A stretch of 63,634 nt of DNA, filler included, from Octopus bimaculoides (GCF_001194135.2; 5 parts of 5 records of this genome joined end to end with filler, not necessarily neighbours in it), one strand, 5' to 3'; shown: positions 51,306 to 63,634, counted from the whole stretch's first letter. Numbers and translations are program-made. The notes: a model not told the origin generated them from the sequence alone.

Positions 51306-51339
51306 GTAAAACGTTGACTATAAGGGCAACTTGTAGGAT

Positions 51340-51570
51340 GGGCATAAGTCGATTACATTGACCCCAGTGGGTATCTAGTACTCATTTAATCGGACCCGAA
51401 ACTTGTTGGGAGTGAACTAGTCGATTACATCGACTTCAGTGTTTCACTGATACTCAATTTTTTCAACTCCGACCTCGGTGGAATGTGAACTCCGATCGTA
51501 GTGACGGGGAAAACTCCGCACAGCATTTCGACCGGCGCACAAACGATTTTACCAGCTTGCTACCTTGATG
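51340..51570 (-). mobile_element. Diverged SINE family A-like copy
   Basis: Reverse complement starts aaggtagcaagctggtaaaatcgtttgtgcgccggtcgaaatgc and contains tcgatgtaatcgacta. Confidence 0.6.
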
Positions 51571-51574
51571 ATAA

Positions 51575-51627
51575 TACTACTACTAATAATAATAATGATA
51601 ATAATAATAATAATAATNNNNNNNNNN

Positions 51628-51692
<65 letters not shown>

Positions 51693-51705
51693 GTAATAAT
51701 AATAA
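51575..51705. repeat. (AAT)n microsatellite
   Basis: Directly visible. Confidence 0.97.
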
Positions 51706-51880
51706 TAATCTTTCCTACTAAAAGCACAGTACCTGAAAATTGTCTGAAGAGAACTAGTATTAGAACTAGTACTTAATTTTTCAATCCCGAAAGGATGAAA
51801 GGCAAAGCTGAGTTCGGCGGAATTTGAACTCAGAACGTAAGGTTGAACGAAATGCCGCTAAGCATTTCGTTCAACCGCTA
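51706..51880 (-). mobile_element. SINE family A, partly deleted, embedded in (TAA)n
   Basis: Reverse complement of aaatgcttagcggcatttcg...gagttcaaattccgccg...tttgcctttcatcctttcggga. Confidence 0.8.
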
Positions 51881-53639
51881 ATAATAATAATAAGGAAGAG
51901 GACGATGCTGACGGGGAGGACGGGGTAGACGAAGTCATGCAGGAGGAGAACTTAGATGACAAGGATGCAGAAGAATTGGAGGAGGAAAAAAAAGAATTCG
52001 AGAAAGAATAGGGGAAGGGTAGAGGAGGGGGTGTAGATGGGGGTAGAGGGCTGGAGGACAACGACGATGGGAGCAGAAATATGATTTAAAACCTATGTAA
52101 ATAATGCTAAGATGAAAACAAAATAGGAAAATAGTGTAGCAACTGAAGTGAGAAGTTAGTAGCAATAAAATTGCTCTTTAAGTCGTGTAGAGATGTAGTT
52201 GCCATATTGAAAAAGGCAAAGATATTAAACTTATTGTAGACGATAGTCACTTAGAGCCACTTCATGGAGCCTGCTTAAGTGAATTGATAATGTATACACA
52301 GACACCAAAACATATATCAGTGAGCCACCTTCACAGAAATGGAATAAAGGGGTATACAAAATATACAGAATTCTTTGGAAAGTGTGGATTAATAAAATAA
52401 ATTTTAATATAAAATAAATTTTGATATAAAATAAAATTATGAAATCAAATTATAGCGTGATTAAGTTATACGGAAACAAATAAGTTATTAACTAGCTAGG
52501 TTACTAAGTTAATTAAAACAGCTCAAATGAAAGCTAGAAAAATAATAATGCAAACCCACAATTTGCAAGAATGAATGAATTGCGACGTTGAGATGATGCA
52601 TCTATAAATGTCTGTAATGCAACAAAATTCTAAGAGTTCGATATTGATTCAGCGTTGAACAATAAAATTATAAGTGACGAGTACTGACAACATTATTCGA
52701 AACCAAGAAACAAATAAAAGCATTATGGAAGCAACTATTCAATTATGGGACATGTCAAACTATAAAATCAGTTACCTAATGCCATATTCTCGGAAATGAA
52801 TGATATCGTGTGAAAGATTTGTGTTTATTATGCCAATACTTTGCAAAATTAAATGTAGAAATGAATACACGCATAAGTTGTTAAAGATTAAGGGCCATAA
52901 ACTTAAATGTGAAACAAATAAAAATGAAAAAAGCAAAGACTAATAAGGGAATAAGTAAAACCAGTTTAACTCTCCAGACAATTAGAAATCCATCCTGAAG
53001 TATTGAAAAGGACAACGCATGGTTGACGTTACCTAACTAAATGTATAACTATTCGTAATGGGTTCCGTGTTCACTTTTACCGGTTAACAATTCAGGCTAA
53101 ACTTAGTGAATGTAGATGCATTCCAGTTCGTTTATTTTACTTGATTCTGTAAATCCTCACTGAGGTAAATCCATATGTTCCCATAGAGACTGCATAGTGT
53201 CGGTAGAAAGGAAATGATAAATTAATAAAATTAGGGGAACGGAGATTTACGTATCCGGGATTTATTATATAGTTAATTACATTTTTCAGTGTCAGTTCCT
53301 ACATATGTTTCTACTGCAAGCCAATTCACACTGCAAATTCTGCAACTTTGTATGCATCTTGTTGTTCATTCCTGGTGCTGATTCATCATTAACCGCATTT
53401 CAGATACCATCTGAACAGAGTAATTAATCCAAACAAAATTGTTCATGAACATGGTTTTAGTGTTACTGAAAATTACTTAAATTTTGAACTTTTTAACGGG
53501 GCTGGAGTGAAAACAAGTCATTTGTTGTCCGAAATTAAGTCAATAACTCGCTGATATATTTAAGTTCATATACCTACACTTACCATTCCATCAGTGGAAC
53601 ATATTCTTATTTTATTCAGTGTATCAAGTTACTTTTATT

Positions 53640-53790
<151 letters not shown>

Positions 53791-54049
53791 TTGCTAATTT
53801 TAAAAAAATGATATAATTCAATATCTACTGTTATAGTTAATTTCATTCACTTATTCTTCTTTTCAAAATTTACAATTAAGTTCAATTTATGTAGTTTATA
53901 TTACTCAATTTCTTTGATTGCTATAGTTTACTACTTAATTCCGGTTCTAATTTCAGTATTACGTACCATGCAATTATTTGAATAAGTTAAATGTATACTT
54001 TGATTGCTGAACACATCTCAAGCGATTTCGCGTCTATGATTTATTAGTT

Positions 54050-56330
54050 TGTATTTTGATATAAGAATTTGTTAAATTTATTCTACACATTTGCTCTCAC
54101 TGCTATATGGTTTGGCTCTACTAATTATGTCCCAGCTCATTGCGTATACTTTATTGTTACCTTTTCATCACTCAAAAATTTTGCTTAGACTTGTAATTAT
54201 TACTCTTGTTTCTATGCCTAAACGAAAGTTTGTGACTGGCTATTCCACATTTGATAACTGTTTCGCTAGCACCGATATAATAATATAAATGACCCTCTGA
54301 AATAACTTTACACATGTACACTGTTTCTTTAACTTTACAGTTAGATTCTAACGGGCATATTCTATTGGGTACGCAGTCACATTTCTTTTTTTCTTTATCT
54401 TCTTTTTCTATCTGTTTATTTCTGTTCATATGTTTGCTCCTTTTATCTTCTAATTAATAATCTCCGTTTTGATTCTCGAGAATTTGAGTATCGCTTTCCG
54501 TTATATTATTTGAATTAGAACTCACTACATCTCTGTTATTACTTTCGCTGTTTCTATGCATTTGGTTACTATTTTTGATATGAATATTTGCCTTCTCATT
54601 GCTGCCCATTTTAGCGTTTGTGTTAACCTGTTTTTATCCCTTCATAGGATTTTTAGTGGTTATTTTCCTTGCATCGCTTTCCTTATTAAATTTATCCACA
54701 TCACGACACTTATATTCTTATCATTAGATAATATATTTACGTTATAATTCATTTTCTCGTACCAAAAATTAAAACTTTTTACGGTTTGCACTGATATTAT
54801 TTCTGGTATGTTTTTCGAATTTGAACAAGCAATTCTTATCCTATGCGGTTTGAAATTTCCTTAACACTTACCTGTTTTAGCGAAATGTTTTTTAAAGGAG
54901 AGTAGAATAATTTCGGAATTCTGCTAGACCTAATTTTTGGACCATTTAGCTTATCATTTAGTTTATTTTTATAAACATTATTACTATTCATTCTACAGGT
55001 GTTCCGCTTATGTCTCTTCTTTGCATATGTATTTTTTATTAATTTCACTATCTATTTTATTGTCTTTATTCCTATTTTAATTTTTCTAATATTCTCGCTT
55101 ATATCTCTATTATCATTTCCATTGGAGAACATTTTATAAATGTGTTTATTAATAGAATTTCTTATTTTGTAATGCGGTTCAGTTTTATTAGCGTCATTAG
55201 TATTCTTCTTTACGCTATATACTATTTTAATTTACCTATTTTCATCTAATTCTATATTATTATTATTCTCGCCCAAATTACTATCATAGGATTTTAACTT
55301 ATTTTTCTTATTAACATTATAACCAGTTTTTGTTTTTTTGCTAAATTTCAATTTACTGAGTGCTAGGTTATAATAACCTTCGTTTTGCTTAAATATTTAT
55401 TCATCAACTGACAGGGTCGAAATACTTGCAATAACATTTTCAAATATTTTCTCTGTTATACTTGCTTTTGATGATTGCTGCTATTATGAATATATTTTAA
55501 GTTAGTGTTAAGTCTATCGTAAGGTCTATATTTTCCTTCACTGAGATCTAAATTGATATCGAGGAAGTTAGCAGAGTTATGTTCGTTTTCCAGAGATATG
55601 GATAGTCCTATATTCTTAAAGAATTTGAAGAACATTTTCTTATACTTCTCAATTTGACGATTAGAGGGGTTCCCGAGGGTGAGTAGTACATCATCCCGGT
55701 ATAGACCTCCTCCCAACTCAGAGAATTCTCTATTTAGGCTAAACAGTATATAGATACCTACATGTCAGTGACTTGTGCTGAATCCGTTGATCCTACACTA
55801 ATATCAAAGCTATTATTTGTATCCTGCCTCACGCAGTATTTATTCGCAAATTTTATGATAGGCTTTTCTGATTGTTTAAATCACATTAATTTCTTCCATG
55901 TCTGGTGCAGAGTTTTTTCGTAATAAATAGTAGTGCTTTATTAAGTAGGATGGGATTTATAGATGAGTAAGAGTTAATGTCAATATGAATAAATCTTTTT
56001 TGTATGTTTATTATTCATTTTATTAAACCAATTAACTGCTTCATATGAGCTAGTCCGAAGTGTAAGTTTAGTTATATTTCTTAATGTGGGTATATATTTA
56101 TCCATAATAAAATTATTGTTATCAACATCAGATTTTGAGGGGTATATGGGCTTTACATTTGGATTAGTTCTAAAATTGGGATTATATTTCTTAATTTTAA
56201 TTCTTGGCATTCTAGTTTCATAAGGTTCAGTTGTATCGGCTATTTTATATTTTTCCATTATATCTTTGGCTATTAACTTTATTCTTTTAGGATGTTTATG
56301 TTTGTTACTTTATGGTTCTTAGCTATTTAT
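54050..56330 (-). mobile_element. Penelope-like element, RT through GIY-YIG endonuclease, decayed
   Basis: ORF 55980-56258 (IKIKKYNPNF.TNP....IYPSKS), 55456-55716 (GLYRDD, ANFLDINLDL..GKYRPY), 54172-54429 (CDC....CPL..NC....VYMCKV...YYYIGASET..K..IASHK.SF). Confidence 0.85.
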
Positions 56331-57869
56331 TTCTTTATGAGTGTATCGTAGTAACGAAGGCTTAAATTGTACAGGTTACCCGTTTTATCGAGTAACCTTC
56401 CTTTTCTTAAGTCCTCTGGTAATAGAGTGTAATTTTCTTGAGTGTTCCTTTCAGCTTAGAGGGAATTTCTTAAATTTTATGTTCTTCACTATAAACCACA
56501 GTTCATATGTATATATATATATATATATCTGTATCTGGTTTGCAAGATTCTTTATGTGATGTTGTGTGTTAAAGCAAATTTTGTTGTGTCTATATTCGCA
56601 TGATGACTATCCCTAGATACAACAATATGTATGTGTGTGTGTGTGTCTGTGTGTGTGTGTTCGCGCGTGTGTGTATGTATGTATATATGTATATATACAT
56701 CTGTGTGTGTGTATGCATGTATGTATATATATGCATATGTCTATGAATATATGTATGAGTAGGAGCATGTCACTGTATATATGATACATGCATGTATGTA
56801 TATATGTATGTGTATATATATTAATAATATATATGTGTGTTTATATGCGCATATGTATGTAATATGTATGAGGATATGAGCTTCTACATATGTATATTCA
56901 TATAGACTTCTCATAATTATATCAATATCCGAGATTTCTATCTCGGATATTGATATATTGCTATTGAAATATATTCGAATTATATTTAGATATACACGAG
57001 TATATTTAAAAATTAGTTTTCGGTTTTGCATAACGCTGTGATACATATATATCTCTACTTAGTTACAAATATTTCCTTAAGCATTGTCCTTACCTTACCT
57101 TCAACGTACGGAATATTATTAATTAACAGTAACAATAGGTTGTTTTTACTATGGATTACCTTTACTGTGGGAATACCAATGAGTTAGTGAAGAGAAAATC
57201 TAACTAAAAAGTGCCGTCACCTCAAGCAATTAATTTCACACATAATAAATTTTCTCTTGGAATAATGGGGAAAATTAATTAAATTGCCCGATCAGATAAT
57301 CTTGTATGAAATTCAATGACCTAAATGATTTTCATGAGTAGAGTTGAGAAGTTACACGATATTAGGATATAAAAATGCACATAGCTAAACTGTGAAATAT
57401 AGTTATTAGAGAGATAATTATATTTCTCTAATGAGAGAGATTTTATTAAAGATCCTTCAAAACTACAGAGAGAATCTAAGAGATGACAAGAAAAGTTTGA
57501 GTATTCTAAAAGTGAAGGTGCTTTAAAATACGTATCTAGTGGTAGTGATACGTAGGGAAATGAAAGACGAAACAGGATATACTTAATATGATGGTGACAA
57601 AGATGCTGGCTCTATGCCGAACGCAGGTAGAAAATATAAGTGAACAAGCGAAACGTATTTCTATTAAGATTAGTGTGTATATATTCCAATTAAAAGCAAA
57701 TTACGTCTCAGTTATCCATAGCTCTGAAATTTAGTCCTTAACAATTAGATATCCTGATTCGATCCAATTCTCAGTAATTGTTATAATACAGTCTATAGAT
57801 AAATAATACCCCGTGAGTATCAAATTATAAATACCAACAAGAAGAAGAAACAACAATGATAATAATAAT

Positions 57870-58050
57870 AATAATAATATCAAATTTTGGCACATTGACA
57901 TCGTCCCCGGTACTCAACTGCTATTTATTTTATGGATTTTGAAAGGATGAAAGGCAATGTCAACCTCGGCAGAATCTAAATTTAGAATGTAAGGATGAAT
58001 AAAATGCCGCCAAGCATATTGCTTGGCGTGCAAAAGAATCTGCCAACTTA
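57870..58050 (-). mobile_element. Diverged SINE family A
   Basis: gaaaggatgaaaggcaatgtcaacctcggcagaatc...tctgccaact is the reverse complement of the family core and head. Confidence 0.7.
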
Positions 58051-58099
58051 TCGCCTCATCAAAGATAAAAACAATAATTTTATTTTATTTTATTACATA

Positions 58100-58363
58100 T
58101 ATTACAAAATACAAAAACCTGGAAATAGAGGTAACTCGAATGTGGAATCTAAAAACAGAAACAATTTCTATCATAGTAGGTGCCTTACAAATGTATATAA
58201 CATAACGAAAATTACACAACTGGGCACTGACACATCCTACGCAAAACACTTTCAATACAGTAACCATAAGAGCATCACAGCAAACCACAGCACATACCCA
58301 AGTCACACAGAGCTGCGTTCGGTAGTGAAGAGAAAGCACGTTATAAAAATAAAACTACTGAAC
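58100..58363 (+). mobile_element. R4/Dong-like 3' end followed by (AAT/AAC)n
   Basis: KYKNLEIEVTRMWNLKTETISIIVGAL, then 3' UTR and (AAT)n at 58364-58429. Confidence 0.75.
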
Positions 58364-58393
58364 AATAATAATAATAATAACAACAACAACAAC

Positions 58394-58429
<36 letters not shown>

Positions 58430-58529
58430 NNNNNNNNNNNNNNNNNNNNNNNNNNNNNNNNNNNNNNNNNNNNTTAATTAATTAANNNNNNNNNNNNNNN
58501 NNNNNNNNNNNNNNNNNNNNNNNNNNNNN

Positions 58530-60545
58530 TACTTACGATGGAACGAACGTACGATCGAACGAACGTACGAATGAACGAATGTACGAACAAACGAACGAAG
58601 AGAACGAACGAACGTACATACGAATTACGTCGACAGGAAATAACGAAAGAACGTATGTACGTCCGAACGGGCCTACGTACGAACGAACGAACGTACGTAC
58701 GTACGAACGAACGTACGTACGTACATACGAACGTACGTACGTATGTACGAACGAACGTACGTACGTAAGTACGAGCGAACGTACATATACACGTACGTAT
58801 GGACGAAAGATTGATGGAACGAACGTACGTACGCTGGAAAGAAATAACGAAAGAACGTACGTACGTAAATACGAATGACCGACATATATACGTACGTACG
58901 AACGATTGAAGGAACGAACGTACGTACGCAGGAAACAAATAACGAAAGAACGTACATACGAACGAACGAACTTACGTACGTACATACGTACGAACGTTAG
59001 AACGAACGAACGTACGTAGGCAGGAAAAAAAGTAAGAACGTACGTACGAACGATTGTACGTACGAACGATTGTACGTACGAACGATTGTACGTACGAACG
59101 CACGTATGTACGAACGAGCGTAGGTACGAACGAAAGTACGTACGTATTACGTAGGCTGGAAATAACGAACGAATGAACGTACGTACGTACGAACGAAGGA
59201 ACGAATGAACGAACGTACGAACAAACGAACGTAGAGAACGAACGAACGTACGTATGAACGAAAGACCGAACATACGTAATTAAGTAAGAACGAACGTACG
59301 TATGTAGGCAGGAAATAACGTAAGAACGTACGTACTAACGATCGTACGTACGAAAGATCGTACGTACGAACCATCGTACGTACGAACGAACGTAGGTACG
59401 AACGAAAGTACGTACGTATTACGTAGGCAGGAAATAACGAACGAATGAACGTAGGTACGTACGAACGAAGGAAAGAATGAACGTACGTACGAATGAACGA
59501 ACGTACGTACGTACGAACGAAGGGAAGAATGAACGTACGTACGAATGAACGAACGTACGTACGTACGAACGAACGTACCTACGAACGAAGGAAGGTACGT
59601 ACGTAAGGACGAACGAACGTACATATATACGTACGTACGAACTCTTGAAGTAACGAACGTACGTACGCAGGAAACAAATAACGAAAGAACGTACATACGA
59701 ACGAACGAACTTACGTACGTACATACGTACGAACGTTAGAACAAACGAACGTACGTAGGCAGGAAATAACGTAAGAACGTACGTACGAACGATTGTACGT
59801 ACGATCGAAGGAACGAACGATCGAACGTGTGTACGTATTACGTAGGCAGGAAATAAAAAAAGAACGTACNNNNNNNNNNNNNNNNNNNNNNNNNNNNNNN
59901 NNNNNNNNNNNNNNNNNNNNNNNNNNNNNNNNNNNNNNNNNNNNNNNNNNNNNNNNNNNNNNNNNNNNNNNNNNNNNNNNNNNNNNNNNNNNNNNNNNNN
60001 NNNNNNNNNNNNNNNNNNNNNNNNNNNNNNNNNNNNNNNNNNNNNNNNNNNNNNNNNNNNNNNNNNNNNNNNNNNNNNNNNNNNNNNNNNNNNNNNNNNN
60101 NNNNNNNNNNNNNNNNNNNNNNNNNNNNNNNNNNNNNNNNNGAACGTACGTACGAATGAACGAACGTACGTACGTACGAACGAACGTACCTACGAACGAA
60201 GGAAGGTACGTACGTAAGGACGAACGAACGTACATATATACGTACGTACGAACTCTTGAAGTAACGAACGTACGTACGCAGGAAACAAATAACGAAAGAA
60301 CGTACATACGAACGAACGAACTTACCAACGTATTACTTAGGCAGGAATTAACGAAAGATCGTACGTACGAACGAAGAAACGAACGAACATACGTACGTAT
60401 ATAAGTACGAACGAACGAAAGTACATACGTATTACGTAGGCATTAAATAACGAAATAACGTACGTTCTTACGAAGGAACGAACGTACGTTCGAATGAACG
60501 TACGTACTTACGAAGGAACGAACGTACGATCGAACGAACGTACGA
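58530..60545. repeat. Complex CpG-rich satellite of ACGT/ACGA/GAAC tetramers with recurring (g)caggaaa..taacg motif and higher-order duplications
   Basis: Directly visible, bounded and interrupted by gaps. gcaggaaacaaataacgaaagaacgtacatacgaacgaacgaacttac occurs at 58928, 59667 and 60278. Confidence 0.95.
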
Positions 60546-60924
60546 NNNNNNNNNNNNNNNNNNNNNNNNNNNNNNNNNNNNNNNNNNNNTTAATTAATTA
60601 ANNNNNNNNNNNNNNNNNNNNNNNNNNNNNNNNNNNNNNNNNNNNCACACACACACACACACACACACACATACATACATATTATACACCTGTGTAATTA
60701 CAGAGTGAGAATTTTCCCAGGAACGCCTTCAACATGAAGACCATATAGTTAAGTGTGAGCTAAAAGAAATCTTAATCGAATGAATTTAAATCCGTAATGA
60801 GAGGGAAAGTCAGTGTTAATGACAATTATTTTGGGTAACAACAAGCGTGGGGGACACAACTTCGAAATTTGAATTTATTAAAATGCAATGGAGAGACAGT
60901 CCCATTTCTTTTTAATCACTAGAG

Positions 60925-61267
60925 CAAGGGTTCTCAACCGTTTTTTTTTTAATCTATGGACCCCTTTGATTACTATTTTATTCTGGTGGGCCCCACCCAA
61001 CCATTAATTTTTTAAAAAGCTAGTTTTATAGAAACTTCATTCAAAATTCCCTATTTTGTTTTCCACACATCAACATGTATAGGTTGAATTATGTAAAATG
61101 TCGGGAAAGAAACCTCACCGTTTCTCGCAATACGTCTAGAATACAATTGTTTCAGGGGCCCTTCAAATTCTATTGTGGATCCCTAATTTACTATTTTAAT
61201 ACATGGACCCCACAAAAATCGTATGTGAACTCTCAAGGGCCATACGGACCTCAGTTGAGAACCACTG
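60925..61267. mobile_element. hAT-type MITE (343 bp) with short TIRs and 8-bp TSD
   Basis: Ends caagggttctcaac ... gttgagaaccactg; flanks cactagag (60917-24) and cacgagag (61268-75); no ORF. Confidence 0.88.
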
Positions 61268-62148
61268 CACGAGAGCTTTACATTTGTTTCAGTGTATAAA
61301 ACAAAGGCTAATTAAAAGTCTAAAAACAAGCATGGACATTTAGGATAAAATGCTTTAGATGAGGAAAAGGTGAACGATGGTTGGTCACTCGACTTGCCTG
61401 AAAGCGCAGCCAAATCACCCTGTCGTCTCATAGAACTAAGAATTACTAGAGCAAATTTGATACCTGTTGTACTTATATAGAAGGACAAGCAAGAACGCAT
61501 TTGCTCATAATATATCTGGCTGACCCACTTAAGATAGGCCTTGAGAACACGCACAACACTGGTCTGACCAACTATGGCTATACAATTCCACACATATAAA
61601 TACATAAACACACACACACACACACGTACGCACAAAAATACACAACCTGTGAACCACGCTTCCATACATGTGCTTTTTAAACCTGTAACACAACAAACTT
61701 TATATTTACACATCTAAGCTTCTAAGTTACACATGTATGTATCATTGCTATTATGAAAGGCAAGCAGCTTAATCCTCGCCTTTACGGTCCTTTTAATTCA
61801 AATTGGTCTTTTAGTAGGGCTGTATATAGATGCGTGTGTGTGTGTATGTGGGTCTATTCCGTTTTAAATCACCCCTACAATCATGTCTGTGTGTGTATGA
61901 GAACTTGTGGAGTGCTCCTGTGTGCGTATGTGTGAAAGAAAAAGTTTGTATGGGGGTTGTGTGAGAGTGAATGATTGAATGTCTAAACGTGTGTGCGCGC
62001 GTATATATNNNNNNNNNNNNNNNNNNNNNNNNNNNNNNNNNNNNNNNNNNNNTTAATTAATTAANNNNNNNNNNNNNNNNNNNNNNNNNNNNNNNNNNNN
62101 NNNNNNNNCGGATTCTATTTTCGATTTAGCATATAAAAAATCTGGATA

Positions 62149-63243
62149 TTTTCCTTTTCATGGGCAGCTCGAGTCATTAATTTTCCTTAACTAAACACTT
62201 TGAAACTTCGGACACTGGTAGAATGTGTCATATAAAACATCTTTTACTCTTAGCCTTGTTGCGAAAAGTTTCTGTTTTCGAAATTATTCGTGTTAAAGTT
62301 GTCGTGTTTCGGTAATTTCAACCAATCAATGATCTGTATTTAGCTGAATAAAATTACTGCTGTTGTTTGTCAACAACAACTTCCGGCGGTGTATATTTCG
62401 TTTGTCACTATTATTTATGAAATATTTCATCTCAGTTACATTCGTATGAATAAACGTTTGTATCCGAAACAAGTTTAATTCGAGACAACCATAATCGTTC
62501 GTGCATTTCTACAGCTTTTAGGTTGTTTTTTTTTTTTACCTATTTTCAGCTACTATTTTTCGTGGAAAGACTTCCATACCCCCGCCATTTTCTCGCAAAT
62601 TATTGCTTTTTTTTTTCAAATTGTTTTTGCGAAAAACCCAGCTTTTCGTATACGGTGATTCCTGAAAATGGATAAAAATCGGAATTCTGAACTTCCCCCA
62701 TTACCCCTCCCCTCCAATTTCTTTATTTATCACTTTTTTCCATAGCCCTAACCCTAAAACCACAACCCCAATCCTAACTCTAAATCCCCAAACCTAACAT
62801 TAAAGCGCCAACACTAACCTTAACCCTAAAACCATAACCATAACACTAACCCTAACCCAAACCCTAAGGCCCAAATCCTAACCCTAAAACCCTAACCTTA
62901 ACTTTAAACCCTTCGTCCCTAACCCGAAGTAGAAAAATTTTTCTAAATTTTTTTTTTAAGCTAAAACCAGTACAAACGCACGAACGATGTCATAAATAAC
63001 AGTGACAAACGAAATATACACCGCGGGAATTTGTTGACAAACAACAGCTGTAATTTCATTCAGCTGAATAAACGTCATTCATTGGTTGACAAATTTAACT
63101 CGAAATAACTTCGAAAATAGAAACTTTTCTCAACAACGCTAAGAGTAAAATATGTTCTATATGACACATTCTACAAGTACACGAAGTATCCAAGTGTTTA
63201 GTTAAAGAAAATTAATTAATCGAGCTGCCCATGAAAAGGAAAA
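62149..63243. mobile_element. Foldback/MITE-like element with long inverted arms (62149-62522 and 62960-63243)
   Basis: ttttccttttcatgggcagctcga...gtagaatgtgtcatata...ggtgtatatttcgtttgtcact...atcgttcgtgc is mirrored on the opposite strand; the left arm has extra segments. Confidence 0.85.
62746..62925 (+). repeat. Degenerate interstitial telomere-like (CCCTAA)n tract
   Basis: ccctaaccctaaaacc...ctaaccctaacccaaaccctaa...cctaaccctaaaaccctaacc, located between the foldback arms. Confidence 0.85.
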
Positions 63244-63634
63244 GACGCAAAAATCCTTCAAATCAGGTAAAAACGTCCTGACAGCAAAATACCTATTAGA
63301 TTGTTTTCTACATACATACATACATACATACATACATACATACATACATAAATTCATACACAAATATATGCATATGCGCGTGAGCAATCTAGGAGTACCT
63401 TACACTTCAATTTGTCACGACCACCCATTAATATATGTGCAATATAGCTGAATATTCAAGAATTGTGAGGCCTTGTTTACGCACTTATATATGGATCATT
63501 GCGAACAGCTTATTGCCAAATTCTCACCTGATATATTTAGTTCAATATCTGGCAATGCTTGCACTATGTAAAATATTTTCTTAAAGTACTTTAAAACACT
63601 TACTCTACGATATATATATATATATATATATATA

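Noticed and set aside
51885-52080. Acidic, protein-like frame (KEEDDADGEDG...)
   Set aside because: Degenerate GAN triplet repeat continuous with (AAT)n, with an internal stop and no splice support.
53289-53420. Possible + strand exon (tttttcag|...|gtaatt) with one open frame
   Set aside because: The translation is not recognisable and no partner exons were found; splice-like motifs are common by chance in AT-rich DNA.
58533-59739. Long FVRSYVRT / ERTYVRT ORFs and CRISPR-like regular motif spacing
   Set aside because: These are translations of the ACGN satellite. The 'spacers' are themselves repetitive and variable in length, there are no cas genes, and the context is eukaryotic.
62746-62925. 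True telomere / chromosome end
   Set aside because: The tract is short, degenerate and enclosed by inverted arms, with ordinary sequence on both sides.

Overview
AT-rich eukaryotic (metazoan) genomic DNA made almost entirely of decayed transposable elements, microsatellites and assembly gaps. I found no host protein-coding gene, rRNA, functional tRNA or CRISPR array that I can support. The SINE families, (TAA)n/(AT)n/(CA)n richness and scaffold style resemble an octopus-like cephalopod genome; this is inference and no database search was run. Contents: two RTE-clade LINE families (one element keeps its 5' end and lacks its 3' end; others are 5'-truncated or tail-only), several Penelope-like element (PLE) remnants with RT and/or GIY-YIG motifs, a 5'-deleted Ty3/Gypsy-type element fused to a PLE, a CR1/L2-like fragment, at least seven R4/Dong-like restriction-like-endonuclease (RLE) LINE pieces, most next to (TAA)n tracts, two Tc1 transposons with TIRs and TA target duplications, a hAT MITE with an 8-bp TSD, and more than a dozen tRNA-derived SINEs. 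The most interesting unexplained structures are: three unrelated hammerhead-ribozyme-like motifs with palindromic loop 3 (two with a long stem-II insert), a ~1.1-kb foldback element whose core is degenerate (CCCTAA)n, a ~2-kb CpG-rich ACGN satellite with higher-order repeats, and a ~144-bp inverted-repeat pair bracketing a 3.9-kb transposon nest. Coordinates of decayed elements are approximate and were read by eye.
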